Shown here: positions 1-8,805 of the stretch, piece by piece
Numbering within the stretch: position 1 is the stretch's first letter
How the letters are laid out: each line of letters begins with the position of its first letter
DNA from: an uncultured Bacteroidales bacterium
GTDB taxonomy: Bacteria; Bacteroidota; Bacteroidia; Bacteroidales; CAIXZF01
Assembly (NCBI GenBank): GCA_964608665.1
Contig: CAZSQJ010000001.1
Location: 44,965-108,964, forward strand
Reading direction: 5' to 3'
DNA length: 64,000 bases
The notes under the pieces: generated by a model
Told to the model about the DNA's origin: nothing
What the model saw: the letters and a program-made list of their open reading frames with translations, nothing else
Databases searched by the model: none
Made by a program: the position numbers and the translations under genes

Positions 1-125
1 TACTTATGTCCCTGTTGTTTGCAGTATCTTTCCATATTGCCGCCAGGCTTCCCTTCAAACCCTTATTATAAAGTAAAAATATGTATATAATTCGATTTAT
101 TGATTGGAGGAAATGTTGTTTTTTA

Positions 126-133
126 TAATTTTG
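126..133 (+). promoter_or_regulatory. Bacteroidota-type -7 promoter box TAATTTTG upstream of sucC
   Basis: Exact match to TAnnTTTG, 26 nt upstream of the sucC ATG at 160. Confidence 0.5.
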
Positions 134-159
134 CAAGGCTTTCTTAACAAGACCCGCAC

Positions 160-1350
160 ATGAACTTACATGAATACCAGGGCAAAGCCATCCTCAACAG
201 GTTTGGTGTCGCCATTCCGCACGGCATTGTGGCTTATACGCCCGATGAAGCCGTTGTAGCCGCCAAAACCATACAGGAGAAAACCGGCTCAGATTTCTGG
301 GTTGTGAAAGCCCAGATCCACGCAGGCGGAAGAGGAAAAGGGGGAGGTGTCAAACTTGCCAGAAGTATCGAAGATGTTGAGAAACTTTCGAAAAGCATCA
401 TCGGCATGAACCTGGTTACTCCCCAAACCAGGGCCGAAGGCAAAAAGGTCAGAAAAGTGCTTATCCAGCAGGATGTTTACTATCCCGGCCCTTCATCAAC
501 TGCAGAGTTTTATATGAGTGTCATGCTCGACCGCAACTGTTCAAAAAACATGGTATTGTATTCACCCAGGGGCGGGATGGATATTGAACAGGTTGCCGAA
601 GAAACTCCCGACCAGATTTTTAAGGAATATATAGAACCCGGAACCGGCCTGCAGGCATTCCAGGCCAGGCGGATAGCCTTTAACCTCGGCTTGAGCGGCA
701 ATGCCTGGAAATCAATGATAAGTTTTGTTCAGGCTCTCTACAAAGCATACTGTGAATCAGATGCCAGCCTATTCGAGATCAATCCCGTGCTCAAGACATC
801 CGATGATAAAATCCTGGCCGTTGACTGTAAGGTGGTGATCGACAACAACGCCCTCTACCGGCATCCCGACATTCTGGAGATGCGAGACCTGGATGAAGAA
901 GATCCTATGGAGGTTGAAGCCGGACAATTCGGACTGAATTTTGTGAAACTCGACGGAAATGTCGGTTGTATGGTCAATGGTGCAGGTTTGGCCATGGCTA
1001 CCATGGATATGATCAAGATGTCGGGCGGCGAACCGGCCAACTTCCTTGATGTGGGCGGCACTGCCAATGCAAAAAGGGTGGAGGAAGCATTCCGTCTTAT
1101 TCTGAAAGACCCGAATGTGAAAGCAATCCTGGTGAATATTTTCGGCGGTATTGTGCGTTGCGACAGGGTAGCCCAGGGAGTTGTGGATGCATATCATAAC
1201 ATTGGTGAAATCAATGTGCCGATTATCGTGAGACTTCAGGGAACCAACGCAGAAGAAGGAAAAACACTGATAGACCAGTCTGGTTTAAAGGTTCACTCTG
1301 CCATCCTGCTGCAGGAAGCTGCAGACCTGGTCAGGAAAGTGTTGCATTGA
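160..1350 (+). CDS. sucC: Succinyl-CoA synthetase beta subunit
   Basis: 396-aa ORF. N-terminus MNLHEYQGKAIL. Contains GCMVNGAGLAMATMD and NIFGGIVRCD blocks typical of SucC. Confidence 0.95.
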   Translation: MNLHEYQGKAILNRFGVAIPHGIVAYTPDEAVVAAKTIQEKTGSDFWVVKAQIHAGGRGKGGGVKLARSIEDVEKLSKSIIGMNLVTPQTRAEGKKVRKVLIQQDVYYPGPSSTAEFYMSVMLDRNCSKNMVLYSPRGGMDIEQVAEETPDQIFKEYIEPGTGLQAFQARRIAFNLGLSGNAWKSMISFVQALYKAYCESDASLFEINPVLKTSDDKILAVDCKVVIDNNALYRHPDILEMRDLDEEDPMEVEAGQFGLNFVKLDGNVGCMVNGAGLAMATMDMIKMSGGEPANFLDVGGTANAKRVEEAFRLILKDPNVKAILVNIFGGIVRCDRVAQGVVDAYHNIGEINVPIIVRLQGTNAEEGKTLIDQSGLKVHSAILLQEAADLVRKVLH

Positions 1351-3214
1351 CATCCAGCTTTTCGAAAACGGAATTACGGCTCCTGAACTCCGGAACTATC
1401 GCTTTCATCTTGGCAACAAGTTCCAGATCGCTATGATCCTCAAGTAATTCAAGCAATTCAGCCATATCTTTTTTTACCATGGCGTGATCATATTCCCTGA
1501 CTTTGGCGATCATGATCTGGGGGTGATGCGTCGGCAGGGTGTTCTCCTTGTCAAAGAGCAGCTCTTCGTATAACTTTTCACCTGGCCGTAAACCGGTAAA
1601 TACGATCTGAATGTCTTTGCCGAGTGAAAGTCCGGCCAGTTGTACCATCTTCTTTGCGAGATCCACGATCTTGACCGATTGTCCCATATCGAAGATAAAC
1701 ACTTCGCCGCCATGCCCCATGGCTCCGGCTTCCAGCACCAGCTGACAGGATTCGGTGATGGTCATGAAAAAACGTGTCACATCGGGATGCGTGACAGTGA
1801 TCGGACCACCATTTTCAATCTGTTTTCTGAAGAGAGGAATTGCAGATCCATTGGAACCCAATACATTACCAAAACGTGTGGTAATGAAACGGGTCAGATT
1901 CCTGGAGTTCAGTGATTGGGTATAGATCTCGGCAATGCGTTTGGAGGCTCCCATTACATTGGTGGGATTGACTGCCTTGTCTGACGATACCATGATAAAC
2001 TTCCCGCAACCGAACTCCAGCGCCAGATCGGCAATGATCATGCTGCCATGGACATTGGTACGGACAGCCTCTGAAGGGTTGATCTCCATCATCGGCACAT
2101 GTTTGTATGCGGCAGCATGATAAATGATATCCGGTTTGAATGTTTCGAAAATCTTACGCATCCTTGTCCGGTCGCAGATGTCGGCTACATAGAATTTCAT
2201 CCGTTGAAACACTGACTTCTCCGAACACTCCAGTTCCAGATGATACAAAGGTGTTTCAGCCTGATCGACCAGTAGCAGGCTGTTAGGCTGGAAATTGCAT
2301 ATCTGCCTGGCAAGTTCACTCCCGATAGATCCGGCTGCACCGGTGATCATGATGTTTTTACCCACCAGCTCACGACTGATCTTTTCAACATTCAGCCGGA
2401 TCTCATCCCTTTCAAGCAGGTCTTCAATATTGATCCGTTTGATCTGTTTGAAACTGAGCTCACCGTTGATCCATTTGATTACCGGCGGAACATTCAGCAC
2501 TTTTGTGCTGTGGGCCAGGCATACTTCGGCTATCATCTGTTTTTTTCGGGGATTCAGGTGCTGAATGGACAGGATCACATGAGCGATGGTGTTGGTCATC
2601 AGCAGATTCTCCAGCTTCTCCAGACCAAAAATGCTGACACCTTCAAGTGTTTTGCCAATCTTCCTCGGGTCTTCATCAATGAATGCCATCACCTTGTATT
2701 TTGTTCCGGCATCCCTTTCAAGTGCCCTTTTGGTCATGATACCGCTTTCACCTGCCCCAAAAATGATGACGTTGCGTTTTTCCCGGTTGGGGTAAATAAA
2801 TTCCAGAAAGGCCATCTTTACTGAAAGTCTGAAAAAAGTCAGAATGAAAGCCGAACTGATAAAATCAATGATAATGATGGAAAAGGGGATCAGAAACCGC
2901 TGATTCACCCAGTAATACCAGGCCAGGTTCAGCAGGGTAAATGCGAAGCTGCCCGTCCCGAGTGCCAGAACGATCCTGAGTGTGTCACGTGTATTGGTGT
3001 ACCTGACAATACCCGCATAGGTCCTGGCAATCAAAAAAGAAACAAGGCGTACGGCCAGAACAATTCCAAGAGCAACAGGCATCTGAACCAGTTCTGTGAC
3101 AGGTATCCTGAAGTTAAACCTGAGCAAATAAGCAAGAATGATAGACGCCGTGCATAATAGCATGTCTATCAGCAGGATCAACCAGCGTGGTGTGTTTTGC
3201 TTTGAAAAAAACAT
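1331..3214 (-). CDS. Polysaccharide biosynthesis protein, membrane-anchored NDP-sugar 4,6-dehydratase/epimerase (CapD/WbpM/PglF-like)
   Basis: 627 aa. N-terminal TM helices, then two Rossmann motifs (IFGAGESG, ITGAAGSIGSEL) and an SDR-type core. 3' end overlaps sucC by 20 nt (convergent). Confidence 0.85.
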   Translation of the reverse strand: MFFSKQNTPRWLILLIDMLLCTASIILAYLLRFNFRIPVTELVQMPVALGIVLAVRLVSFLIARTYAGIVRYTNTRDTLRIVLALGTGSFAFTLLNLAWYYWVNQRFLIPFSIIIIDFISSAFILTFFRLSVKMAFLEFIYPNREKRNVIIFGAGESGIMTKRALERDAGTKYKVMAFIDEDPRKIGKTLEGVSIFGLEKLENLLMTNTIAHVILSIQHLNPRKKQMIAEVCLAHSTKVLNVPPVIKWINGELSFKQIKRINIEDLLERDEIRLNVEKISRELVGKNIMITGAAGSIGSELARQICNFQPNSLLLVDQAETPLYHLELECSEKSVFQRMKFYVADICDRTRMRKIFETFKPDIIYHAAAYKHVPMMEINPSEAVRTNVHGSMIIADLALEFGCGKFIMVSSDKAVNPTNVMGASKRIAEIYTQSLNSRNLTRFITTRFGNVLGSNGSAIPLFRKQIENGGPITVTHPDVTRFFMTITESCQLVLEAGAMGHGGEVFIFDMGQSVKIVDLAKKMVQLAGLSLGKDIQIVFTGLRPGEKLYEELLFDKENTLPTHHPQIMIAKVREYDHAMVKKDMAELLELLEDHSDLELVAKMKAIVPEFRSRNSVFEKLDVNATLS

Positions 3215-3230
3215 GGCTGAAATAGAGAAT

Positions 3231-3238
3231 CAAAGGTA
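3231..3238 (-). promoter_or_regulatory. -7 box TACCTTTG for the capD-like gene
   Basis: Reverse complement of caaaggta. Lies 17 nt upstream of the minus-strand start at 3214. Confidence 0.45.
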
Positions 3239-3278
3239 AGAAATTTCCTTATCGTCTCTGCCGGTAGCAGGGTTTTAA

Positions 3279-3286
3279 TACCTTTG
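3279..3286 (+). promoter_or_regulatory. -7 box TACCTTTG for gcvT
   Basis: Exact TAnnTTTG, 24 nt upstream of the ATG at 3310. Forms a divergent pair with the box at 3231-3238. Confidence 0.5.
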
Positions 3287-3309
3287 CAACTGAATTATTT
3301 CCGATCAAT

Positions 3310-4398
3310 ATGAAGAATACTGCACTTTACAACGCTCATCTGGCCTGTGGGGCCAAGATCGTTCCCTTTGCCGGGTTTAACATGCCCGTACAATATGAGG
3401 GAGTTAGCATCGAACACGAAACCGTCAGAAACAAGCTTGGAGTTTTTGATGTGTCACATATGGGAGAATTCTGGGTGAAAGGACCCCGTGCACTGGATTT
3501 TGTGCAGTGGGTCACCTCCAATGATGCCTCCAGATTGTATAACGGAAAAGTCCAGTATTCCTGTTTCCCAAACGACAGGGGCGGTATCGTGGACGATCTG
3601 CTGGTTTACCGTTTTGCAGAAGACAACTACCTGCTGGTTGTAAATGCTGCCAATATCGATAAGGACTGGGCGTGGTGCAACAGCCAGAATAAAATGGGCG
3701 CTACCCTGAGGAATGCTTCCGACGAAACTTCACAGCTCGCCATCCAGGGCCCCCTGGCACTGAAAGCCATGCAAAAGCTAACTGATACGCCTGTCCTCGA
3801 TATGGAGTATTATACCTTCAAAATGCTCACCTTCGCCGGAGTTGACAATGTCCTGTTCTCCACCACAGGTTACACTGGGTCAGGAGGTTGCGAGATATAC
3901 TTCGATAATGCCCATGCCATGCAGATCTGGGAAGCCGTCATGGAAGCAGGTAAAGAATACGGTATCAAACCCATTGGCCTGGCCGCCAGAGATACACTGC
4001 GTCTTGAAATGGGATTCTGTCTTTATGGAAATGATATCGACGATACGACTTCGCCAATTGAAGCCGGCCTTGGCTGGATCACCAAATTCACTGATAACAA
4101 GGATTTTGTGAACAAAGCTTCTATCCTGAAACATAAGACGGAAGGTGTATCCAGAAAACTCGTTGGTTTCGAAATGATTGACAAAGGAATCCCGCGTCAC
4201 GGATATGAGATCACCGATGCTTCCGGAAATCAATGCGGGATTGTGACTTCCGGAACCATGGGGCCGTCAGTGCAGAAAGCAATTGGAATGGGATATGTTC
4301 CTGCCGCTCTTTCCAGAGAAGGCAGCGAAATTTTCATCCGGGTCAGGGATAAACTGCTGAAAGCAGTTGTCGTCAGGTTCCCTTTTTACAAGGCTTAG
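3310..4398 (+). CDS. gcvT: Glycine cleavage system aminomethyltransferase T protein
   Basis: 362 aa. [41 protein letters not shown] and ARDTLRLE blocks typical of GcvT. Confidence 0.95.
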   Translation: MKNTALYNAHLACGAKIVPFAGFNMPVQYEGVSIEHETVRNKLGVFDVSHMGEFWVKGPRALDFVQWVTSNDASRLYNGKVQYSCFPNDRGGIVDDLLVYRFAEDNYLLVVNAANIDKDWAWCNSQNKMGATLRNASDETSQLAIQGPLALKAMQKLTDTPVLDMEYYTFKMLTFAGVDNVLFSTTGYTGSGGCEIYFDNAHAMQIWEAVMEAGKEYGIKPIGLAARDTLRLEMGFCLYGNDIDDTTSPIEAGLGWITKFTDNKDFVNKASILKHKTEGVSRKLVGFEMIDKGIPRHGYEITDASGNQCGIVTSGTMGPSVQKAIGMGYVPAALSREGSEIFIRVRDKLLKAVVVRFPFYKA

Positions 4399-5078
4399 AC
4401 TTTTACGGCAGTCCCCTTGTTAGCAAGGGCCAGGATCACGCCGAGCATGATGCCCAGCAGCGCTGCAAACAGCACACGGTAGTCGGCAGGCAGCAGAAAG
4501 GTAACGGTATGTGCCGGTATCCAGAACAATGGAATGGTGCGACACATGATGAACTGCCAATGGGTCTTCCAGTCCAGATTCTCGAGTATACTTACCACCC
4601 TGACCTTCGTAAATAAACTGCGTAACCTTCCCCCCGTTTGTATGATGTGGGTATCGCTTACCTTGTGCGTGGTCATCATCACCGGTGCAAAAATCAGGTT
4701 CAGCAGGATGCTCGTCAGAAAGGCCAGAATAAACCGGTCTGCCGGTGTTTCTACTCCCGAAATGAGACCCGTCCGCTCTGCCAGTACAATCGTACCTGCA
4801 GGGAAAACAATAAAGGCAACGTAAATGCTTATCCCAAGGATTCCCCAAACAAGACTCCTTGGTAAAATCCCAAATCCCTTTCTTAGGTAACTGCCTGTCC
4901 TGATACGCAAACCAAGCAATTCCCCCGTGGTAGCCAATAATGCAAATTTGACAAAACTCATCATTACCGGATATAGCCTTGTGTAACGTTCAAACTCGTC
5001 CATCAGTGCCGGAACAAGAAAAAAGGGAACGAACAATACCATGATAAACATCATAAACATGAGATCCTGTCTTCGCAT
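4395..5078 (-). CDS. Integral membrane protein of unknown function
   Basis: 227 aa with about 6 hydrophobic helices. No family recognised. A -7 box lies 20 nt upstream. Confidence 0.6.
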   Translation of the reverse strand: MRRQDLMFMMFIMVLFVPFFLVPALMDEFERYTRLYPVMMSFVKFALLATTGELLGLRIRTGSYLRKGFGILPRSLVWGILGISIYVAFIVFPAGTIVLAERTGLISGVETPADRFILAFLTSILLNLIFAPVMMTTHKVSDTHIIQTGGRLRSLFTKVRVVSILENLDWKTHWQFIMCRTIPLFWIPAHTVTFLLPADYRVLFAALLGIMLGVILALANKGTAVKV

Positions 5079-5097
5079 CGCTTCTGTTTTAAGTATG

Positions 5098-5105
5098 CAA
5101 AAATA
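5098..5105 (-). promoter_or_regulatory. -7 box TATTTTTG for the membrane protein gene
   Basis: Reverse complement of caaaaata. Lies 20 nt upstream of the start at 5078. Confidence 0.45.
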
Positions 5106-5208
5106 TACATTGTTTAAATAGGTGGTACGGATGTCGGAATATTTTCCCGAAATTTTGAATTCACTGAATCTTATTAAAAATGCGTACCGGTTTTCCTTTA
5201 GATTCCGT

Positions 5209-5289
5209 TATACCGATGACTCTGGGAATACTTTTTTCGCAATTCTGTGTTCATTCGGTATATTTGTATGCCTGTTCCGTGTCGGTATA
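5209..5289. repeat. Intergenic repeat module, copy set A: TATACCGA (5209-5216), TCGGTATA (5255-5262), TCGGTATA (5282-5289)
   Basis: Same 8-mer arrangement as at 26709-26912. The 19-mer CCTGTTCCGTGTCGGTATA (5271-5289) matches 26894-26912 at 18/19 positions. ACTTTTTTCGCAA (5230-5242) matches ACTTTTTCGCAA (26881-26892). Confidence 0.7.
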
Positions 5290-5379
5290 ATACCCTGTCG
5301 GATCGAATTTTTGGGCCGATACGTTCAGAGTCTGTACACTTTCGTCAATTCAACCACGTTTAGAAGTTTTATCCATCAA

Positions 5380-6576
5380 ATGAGAAACCTGCTCACACTC
5401 CTGGGATTGCTTATTGTCAGTCCGTTACATGCACAAGTTGACACCCTTCTGCACTATGATGTTAAACAGGCCACCCTTTACAGATTACCACAAGTCCCTG
5501 ACGATACGGTACTTCCTTTCGACAGCACCACCAGTTTCGCCGGCCTGTTACAAAATGTTATCGCGCTGCCGGATACACCACCACTCACCAACTTGTTTCA
5601 GGGGAGCCAGTTCAGCGACCTGGCCAGGGCTGCGGCATTCTTCCCCCTGACGGCTTACCCGGTCAGAACCGCAGTAAAACTGATAGGATTCCGTAACGGC
5701 AGCATGGTGAATAATTGCTCCGGGATTCTGGTCGGGGACCGCTTTGTCCTAACGGCCGCCCACTGCATCATAACCCTTCAGCAATGGAACAACGACAGCC
5801 TGATGGCAGCACCAGCCTACGACAACGGACAGTTTCAGCCAAGCCTGCCGTACAGCATGGCAGACCATTATTATTTCTTCTCTTCATGGTATCACCAGTT
5901 CAAAACCGATATCGCGCTGCTCCGTCTTCGTGATCCCATTGGGCAGCAAACCGGCTGGGTGGGAATGACCACATGCACCGATACCGCCTTCTTTTCTTCC
6001 AGTGTTTTCCACAAATTCAGCTATCCTGCAGTTCCAAACCCGATCGATACCACTGCAGTTTACAATGGAGACACCATGTATTATAACTATGGTCTTATCA
6101 GGGCTGATGCAGCCGGTAATAACCTGATCATTCCCGGAAACGGGGCATTCGGAATACCCGGCCAGAGCGGCAGCAGCCTTATATACCAGCAGGGAGAATC
6201 CTTCCAGACTGTGGGAGTAATGAACTATGCCACGAATTACCGGCATTTCGGGATCAATAAGAATGTGTTCCTGAATTTCCGCCACCTTGTCGGGGAAGCT
6301 GCCGGATTCGACCTGCCGGCAGGTGCGACCCAACCTGCCTTGGCTATTATGCCAAATCCTTTCAGGGAATACACCTTTATCGAAGTACGTAATCCGGAGT
6401 TGCCTCCCGGAACACTGAAACTCTATGACATGCAAGGCAAACTGGTCCGTGAACAAAGCCTGGGCACCAATGGTAAGACTATATTACTCCGCCTGGATTT
6501 GCCTTCCGGACTCTATTACCTCCACCTGCTCTTTTCCGGGAAGATTTTCACCGGAACCAAAGTCATAATCCAGTAA
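5380..6576 (+). CDS. Secreted trypsin-fold (S1-type) serine endopeptidase with T9SS C-terminal sorting domain
   Basis: Catalytic triad contexts LTAAHC, DIALLRL and GQSGSS. Start moved to ATG 5380 (MRNLLTLLGLLIVSPLHAQ signal peptide). C-terminal about 80 aa (PNPFREYTFIEV...LYDMQGKLV...GLYYLHL) is T9SS CTD-like. Confidence 0.85.
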   Translation: MRNLLTLLGLLIVSPLHAQVDTLLHYDVKQATLYRLPQVPDDTVLPFDSTTSFAGLLQNVIALPDTPPLTNLFQGSQFSDLARAAAFFPLTAYPVRTAVKLIGFRNGSMVNNCSGILVGDRFVLTAAHCIITLQQWNNDSLMAAPAYDNGQFQPSLPYSMADHYYFFSSWYHQFKTDIALLRLRDPIGQQTGWVGMTTCTDTAFFSSSVFHKFSYPAVPNPIDTTAVYNGDTMYYNYGLIRADAAGNNLIIPGNGAFGIPGQSGSSLIYQQGESFQTVGVMNYATNYRHFGINKNVFLNFRHLVGEAAGFDLPAGATQPALAIMPNPFREYTFIEVRNPELPPGTLKLYDMQGKLVREQSLGTNGKTILLRLDLPSGLYYLHLLFSGKIFTGTKVIIQ

Positions 6577-6703
6577 ATCCAAGGCCGGGGACAGCATCTC
6601 TCAGGGGGAAATGCATCAACGGGCCGGGTAGGCTTCCTTGCTTTTTTTGTCGGGAAGCCGGCCACCTTTGCAGATTCTGTATGCTTTTTCAGAAATCATT
6701 CGC

Positions 6704-6711
6704 TATTTTTG
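6704..6711 (+). promoter_or_regulatory. -7 box TATTTTTG for the M49 peptidase gene
   Basis: Exact TAnnTTTG, 17 nt upstream of ATG 6728. Supports the shorter start. Confidence 0.5.
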
Positions 6712-6727
6712 TGAGACTGTTAAACTC

Positions 6728-8776
6728 ATGATCATGAAAACCATTTTAAAAATGACGCTCGTTATCCTGGCAGGAATGATCTTTTCCTGCAAATCCGGTG
6801 AGAAAAAAACCGAAGAAGGGGCATTTCAATTCCTGCTCGAACAATTTGCCGACCTGAAAATCATGCAATACCAGGTCCCTGGTTTCGACAGCCTGAGCCT
6901 CAATCAGAAAAAGCTGCTCTATTACCTGAGCCAGGCTGCCCTTTGCGGGCGTGATATCATTTACGACCAGAATTACAAACACAACCTGATGGTCAGAAAA
7001 ACACTGGAAAACATCTTTCAGACATACAAGGGAGACAAAGAATCGGAAGAATGGAAACAATTCCTTGTTTACCTCAAAAGGATCTGGTTTTCCAACGGGA
7101 TTCACCACCATTATGCATCTGATAAAATCATTCCGGAGTTCTCTAAGGAATACTTTAATCAATTGATACAAAATAGTGATATAAAGGGATTTCCACTTAA
7201 GGAAGGGGAGAACACAGACGCCTTTACTGCCATGATCACCCCGATCATGTTTGATCCATCTCTGGATGCAAAAAAAGTGAATCTCGATCCCGCACAGGAT
7301 CTGGTGTTGACCTCTGCCGTCAATTTTTATGATGGCCTTAGTCAGCAGGAAGTGGAAACTTTCTATGCGGCCATGAAGGTTCCCGGGGATACTGCACCGG
7401 TATCATACGGATTGAATTCCAAGCTGGTAAAAAAGAACGGAAAAGCGGAAGAAGTGGTTTATAAGGCAGACGGTCTATATGGTCAGGCCATCATCCAGAT
7501 TATCTTCTGGCTAGAGAAGGCCATGACTGTCGCTGAAAATGAACAGCAAAAGCGGGGACTGGAACTCCTAGTGGATTACTATAGAACCGGCAGCCTGAAA
7601 ACCTGGGACGAATACAATGTGAATTGGGTGAATGACCTGGATTCCAGGGTTGATTACGTAAACGGTTTTATAGAGAATTACGAAGATCCGCTGGGCTTTA
7701 AAGCAACCTGGGAATCAGTTGTGAATTTCAAAAACCTCGAAGCAACAAGGCGCACTGAGGTCATCAGCCAGAATGCACAGTGGTTTGAAGATAATGCCCC
7801 GACAGATCCCAGACATAAAAAGAAAGAAGTAAAGGGTGTCACAGCCAAAGTGATCACCACTGCGCAACTCGGCGGCGATTGCTATCCGGCCACTCCAATT
7901 GGTATTAATCTACCGAATGCCGACTGGATTCGTAAGGTTCACGGTTCCAAATCAGTAACCATGGACAACATCACCTACGCATACGACCAGGCTGCGATCG
8001 GCAACGGATTCCTTGAGGAGTTCTGTTATTCGGAAGATGAAAGGAAACTGGCGGAAAAATACGGATACATTGCAGGGAGTATTACTACCGACCTGCATGA
8101 ATGCCTTGGGCACGGATCCGGACAATTAATGCCCGGCGTCAGCTCAGATGCATTGAAAAACTACCAGTCAGTCCTGGAAGAAACCAGGGCCGATCTGTTT
8201 GCCCTGTATTACATCATCGATCCGAAACTGGTCGAGTTGGGAATCATGCCAAATGAAGAAGCTGCAAAGGCCGAATACAATGCCTATATCCGGAACGGTT
8301 TGATGACACAACTTACACGGATCGATCTCGGAAAAAATATCGAACAGGCTCATATGCGGAATCGTGCCCTTATTTCCGCCTGGGCATACGAGAAAGGAAA
8401 TGCCGACAATGTAATTGAGAAAAAGGTCAGGGAAGGCAAAACCTATTTCGTGATCAATGATTATTCGAAACTAAGGAATCTCTTCGGGCTGTTGCTGAAA
8501 GAGATCCAGCGCATCAAGTCGGAAGGAGACTACAAAGCCGGCGAAATCCTGGTGGAAAAATATGCCGTGAAAATCGATCCCGCCATTCATAAAGAAGTAA
8601 AAGAACGTTTCGGAAAACTCCACATCGCACCTTACGGCGGTTTTATCAACCCGGTTCTCACCCCTGTGATGGATGGAGAAGAAATCACGGATATCGTGCT
8701 TAAATATCCCCTGGATTATACAAGCCAGATGCTTGAGTATTCCTCAAAGTATTCTTTCCTTCCAGCCAGGCAGTGA
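6728..8776 (+). CDS. Dipeptidyl-peptidase III family (M49) zinc metallopeptidase, lipoprotein
   Basis: HECLGHGSG (HEXXGH) plus downstream EETRADL (EEXRAE-like) zinc motifs of family M49. Start at MIMKTILKMTLVILAGMIFSC (lipobox). Confidence 0.8.
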   Translation: MIMKTILKMTLVILAGMIFSCKSGEKKTEEGAFQFLLEQFADLKIMQYQVPGFDSLSLNQKKLLYYLSQAALCGRDIIYDQNYKHNLMVRKTLENIFQTYKGDKESEEWKQFLVYLKRIWFSNGIHHHYASDKIIPEFSKEYFNQLIQNSDIKGFPLKEGENTDAFTAMITPIMFDPSLDAKKVNLDPAQDLVLTSAVNFYDGLSQQEVETFYAAMKVPGDTAPVSYGLNSKLVKKNGKAEEVVYKADGLYGQAIIQIIFWLEKAMTVAENEQQKRGLELLVDYYRTGSLKTWDEYNVNWVNDLDSRVDYVNGFIENYEDPLGFKATWESVVNFKNLEATRRTEVISQNAQWFEDNAPTDPRHKKKEVKGVTAKVITTAQLGGDCYPATPIGINLPNADWIRKVHGSKSVTMDNITYAYDQAAIGNGFLEEFCYSEDERKLAEKYGYIAGSITTDLHECLGHGSGQLMPGVSSDALKNYQSVLEETRADLFALYYIIDPKLVELGIMPNEEAAKAEYNAYIRNGLMTQLTRIDLGKNIEQAHMRNRALISAWAYEKGNADNVIEKKVREGKTYFVINDYSKLRNLFGLLLKEIQRIKSEGDYKAGEILVEKYAVKIDPAIHKEVKERFGKLHIAPYGGFINPVLTPVMDGEEITDIVLKYPLDYTSQMLEYSSKYSFLPARQ

Positions 8777-8805
8777 TATCCTCCCCTGAAAAACAAACCC
8801 GACCG

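Noticed and set aside
1-159. Possible partial gene at the left edge. A minus-strand ATG near position 35 reads out of the window.
   Set aside because: Only about 11 codons are visible, which is not enough evidence.
3215-3309. Possible glycine riboswitch upstream of gcvT, with a similar check for a lysine riboswitch upstream of dapA.
   Set aside because: The 95-bp spacer is taken up by two divergent promoter boxes and has no room or conserved core for a tandem glycine aptamer. dapA is preceded by an overlapping ORF, not a leader.
5122-5379. N-terminal extensions of raw ORFs: 5122, 6638, 10434, 33051, 46209, 52880, 54132, 56619 and 60819.
   Set aside because: Internal ATGs expose canonical signal peptides or lipoboxes. 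Several are preceded by TAnnTTTG boxes located inside the extension. The 33051 extension would also overlap the porin gene. Shorter starts were adopted.
6631-6659. GGCTTCC...GGAAGCC inverted repeat after the serine protease gene, as a possible terminator.
   Set aside because: The stem is only 7 bp with a loop of about 15 nt, and no T-tract follows. Too weak to call.
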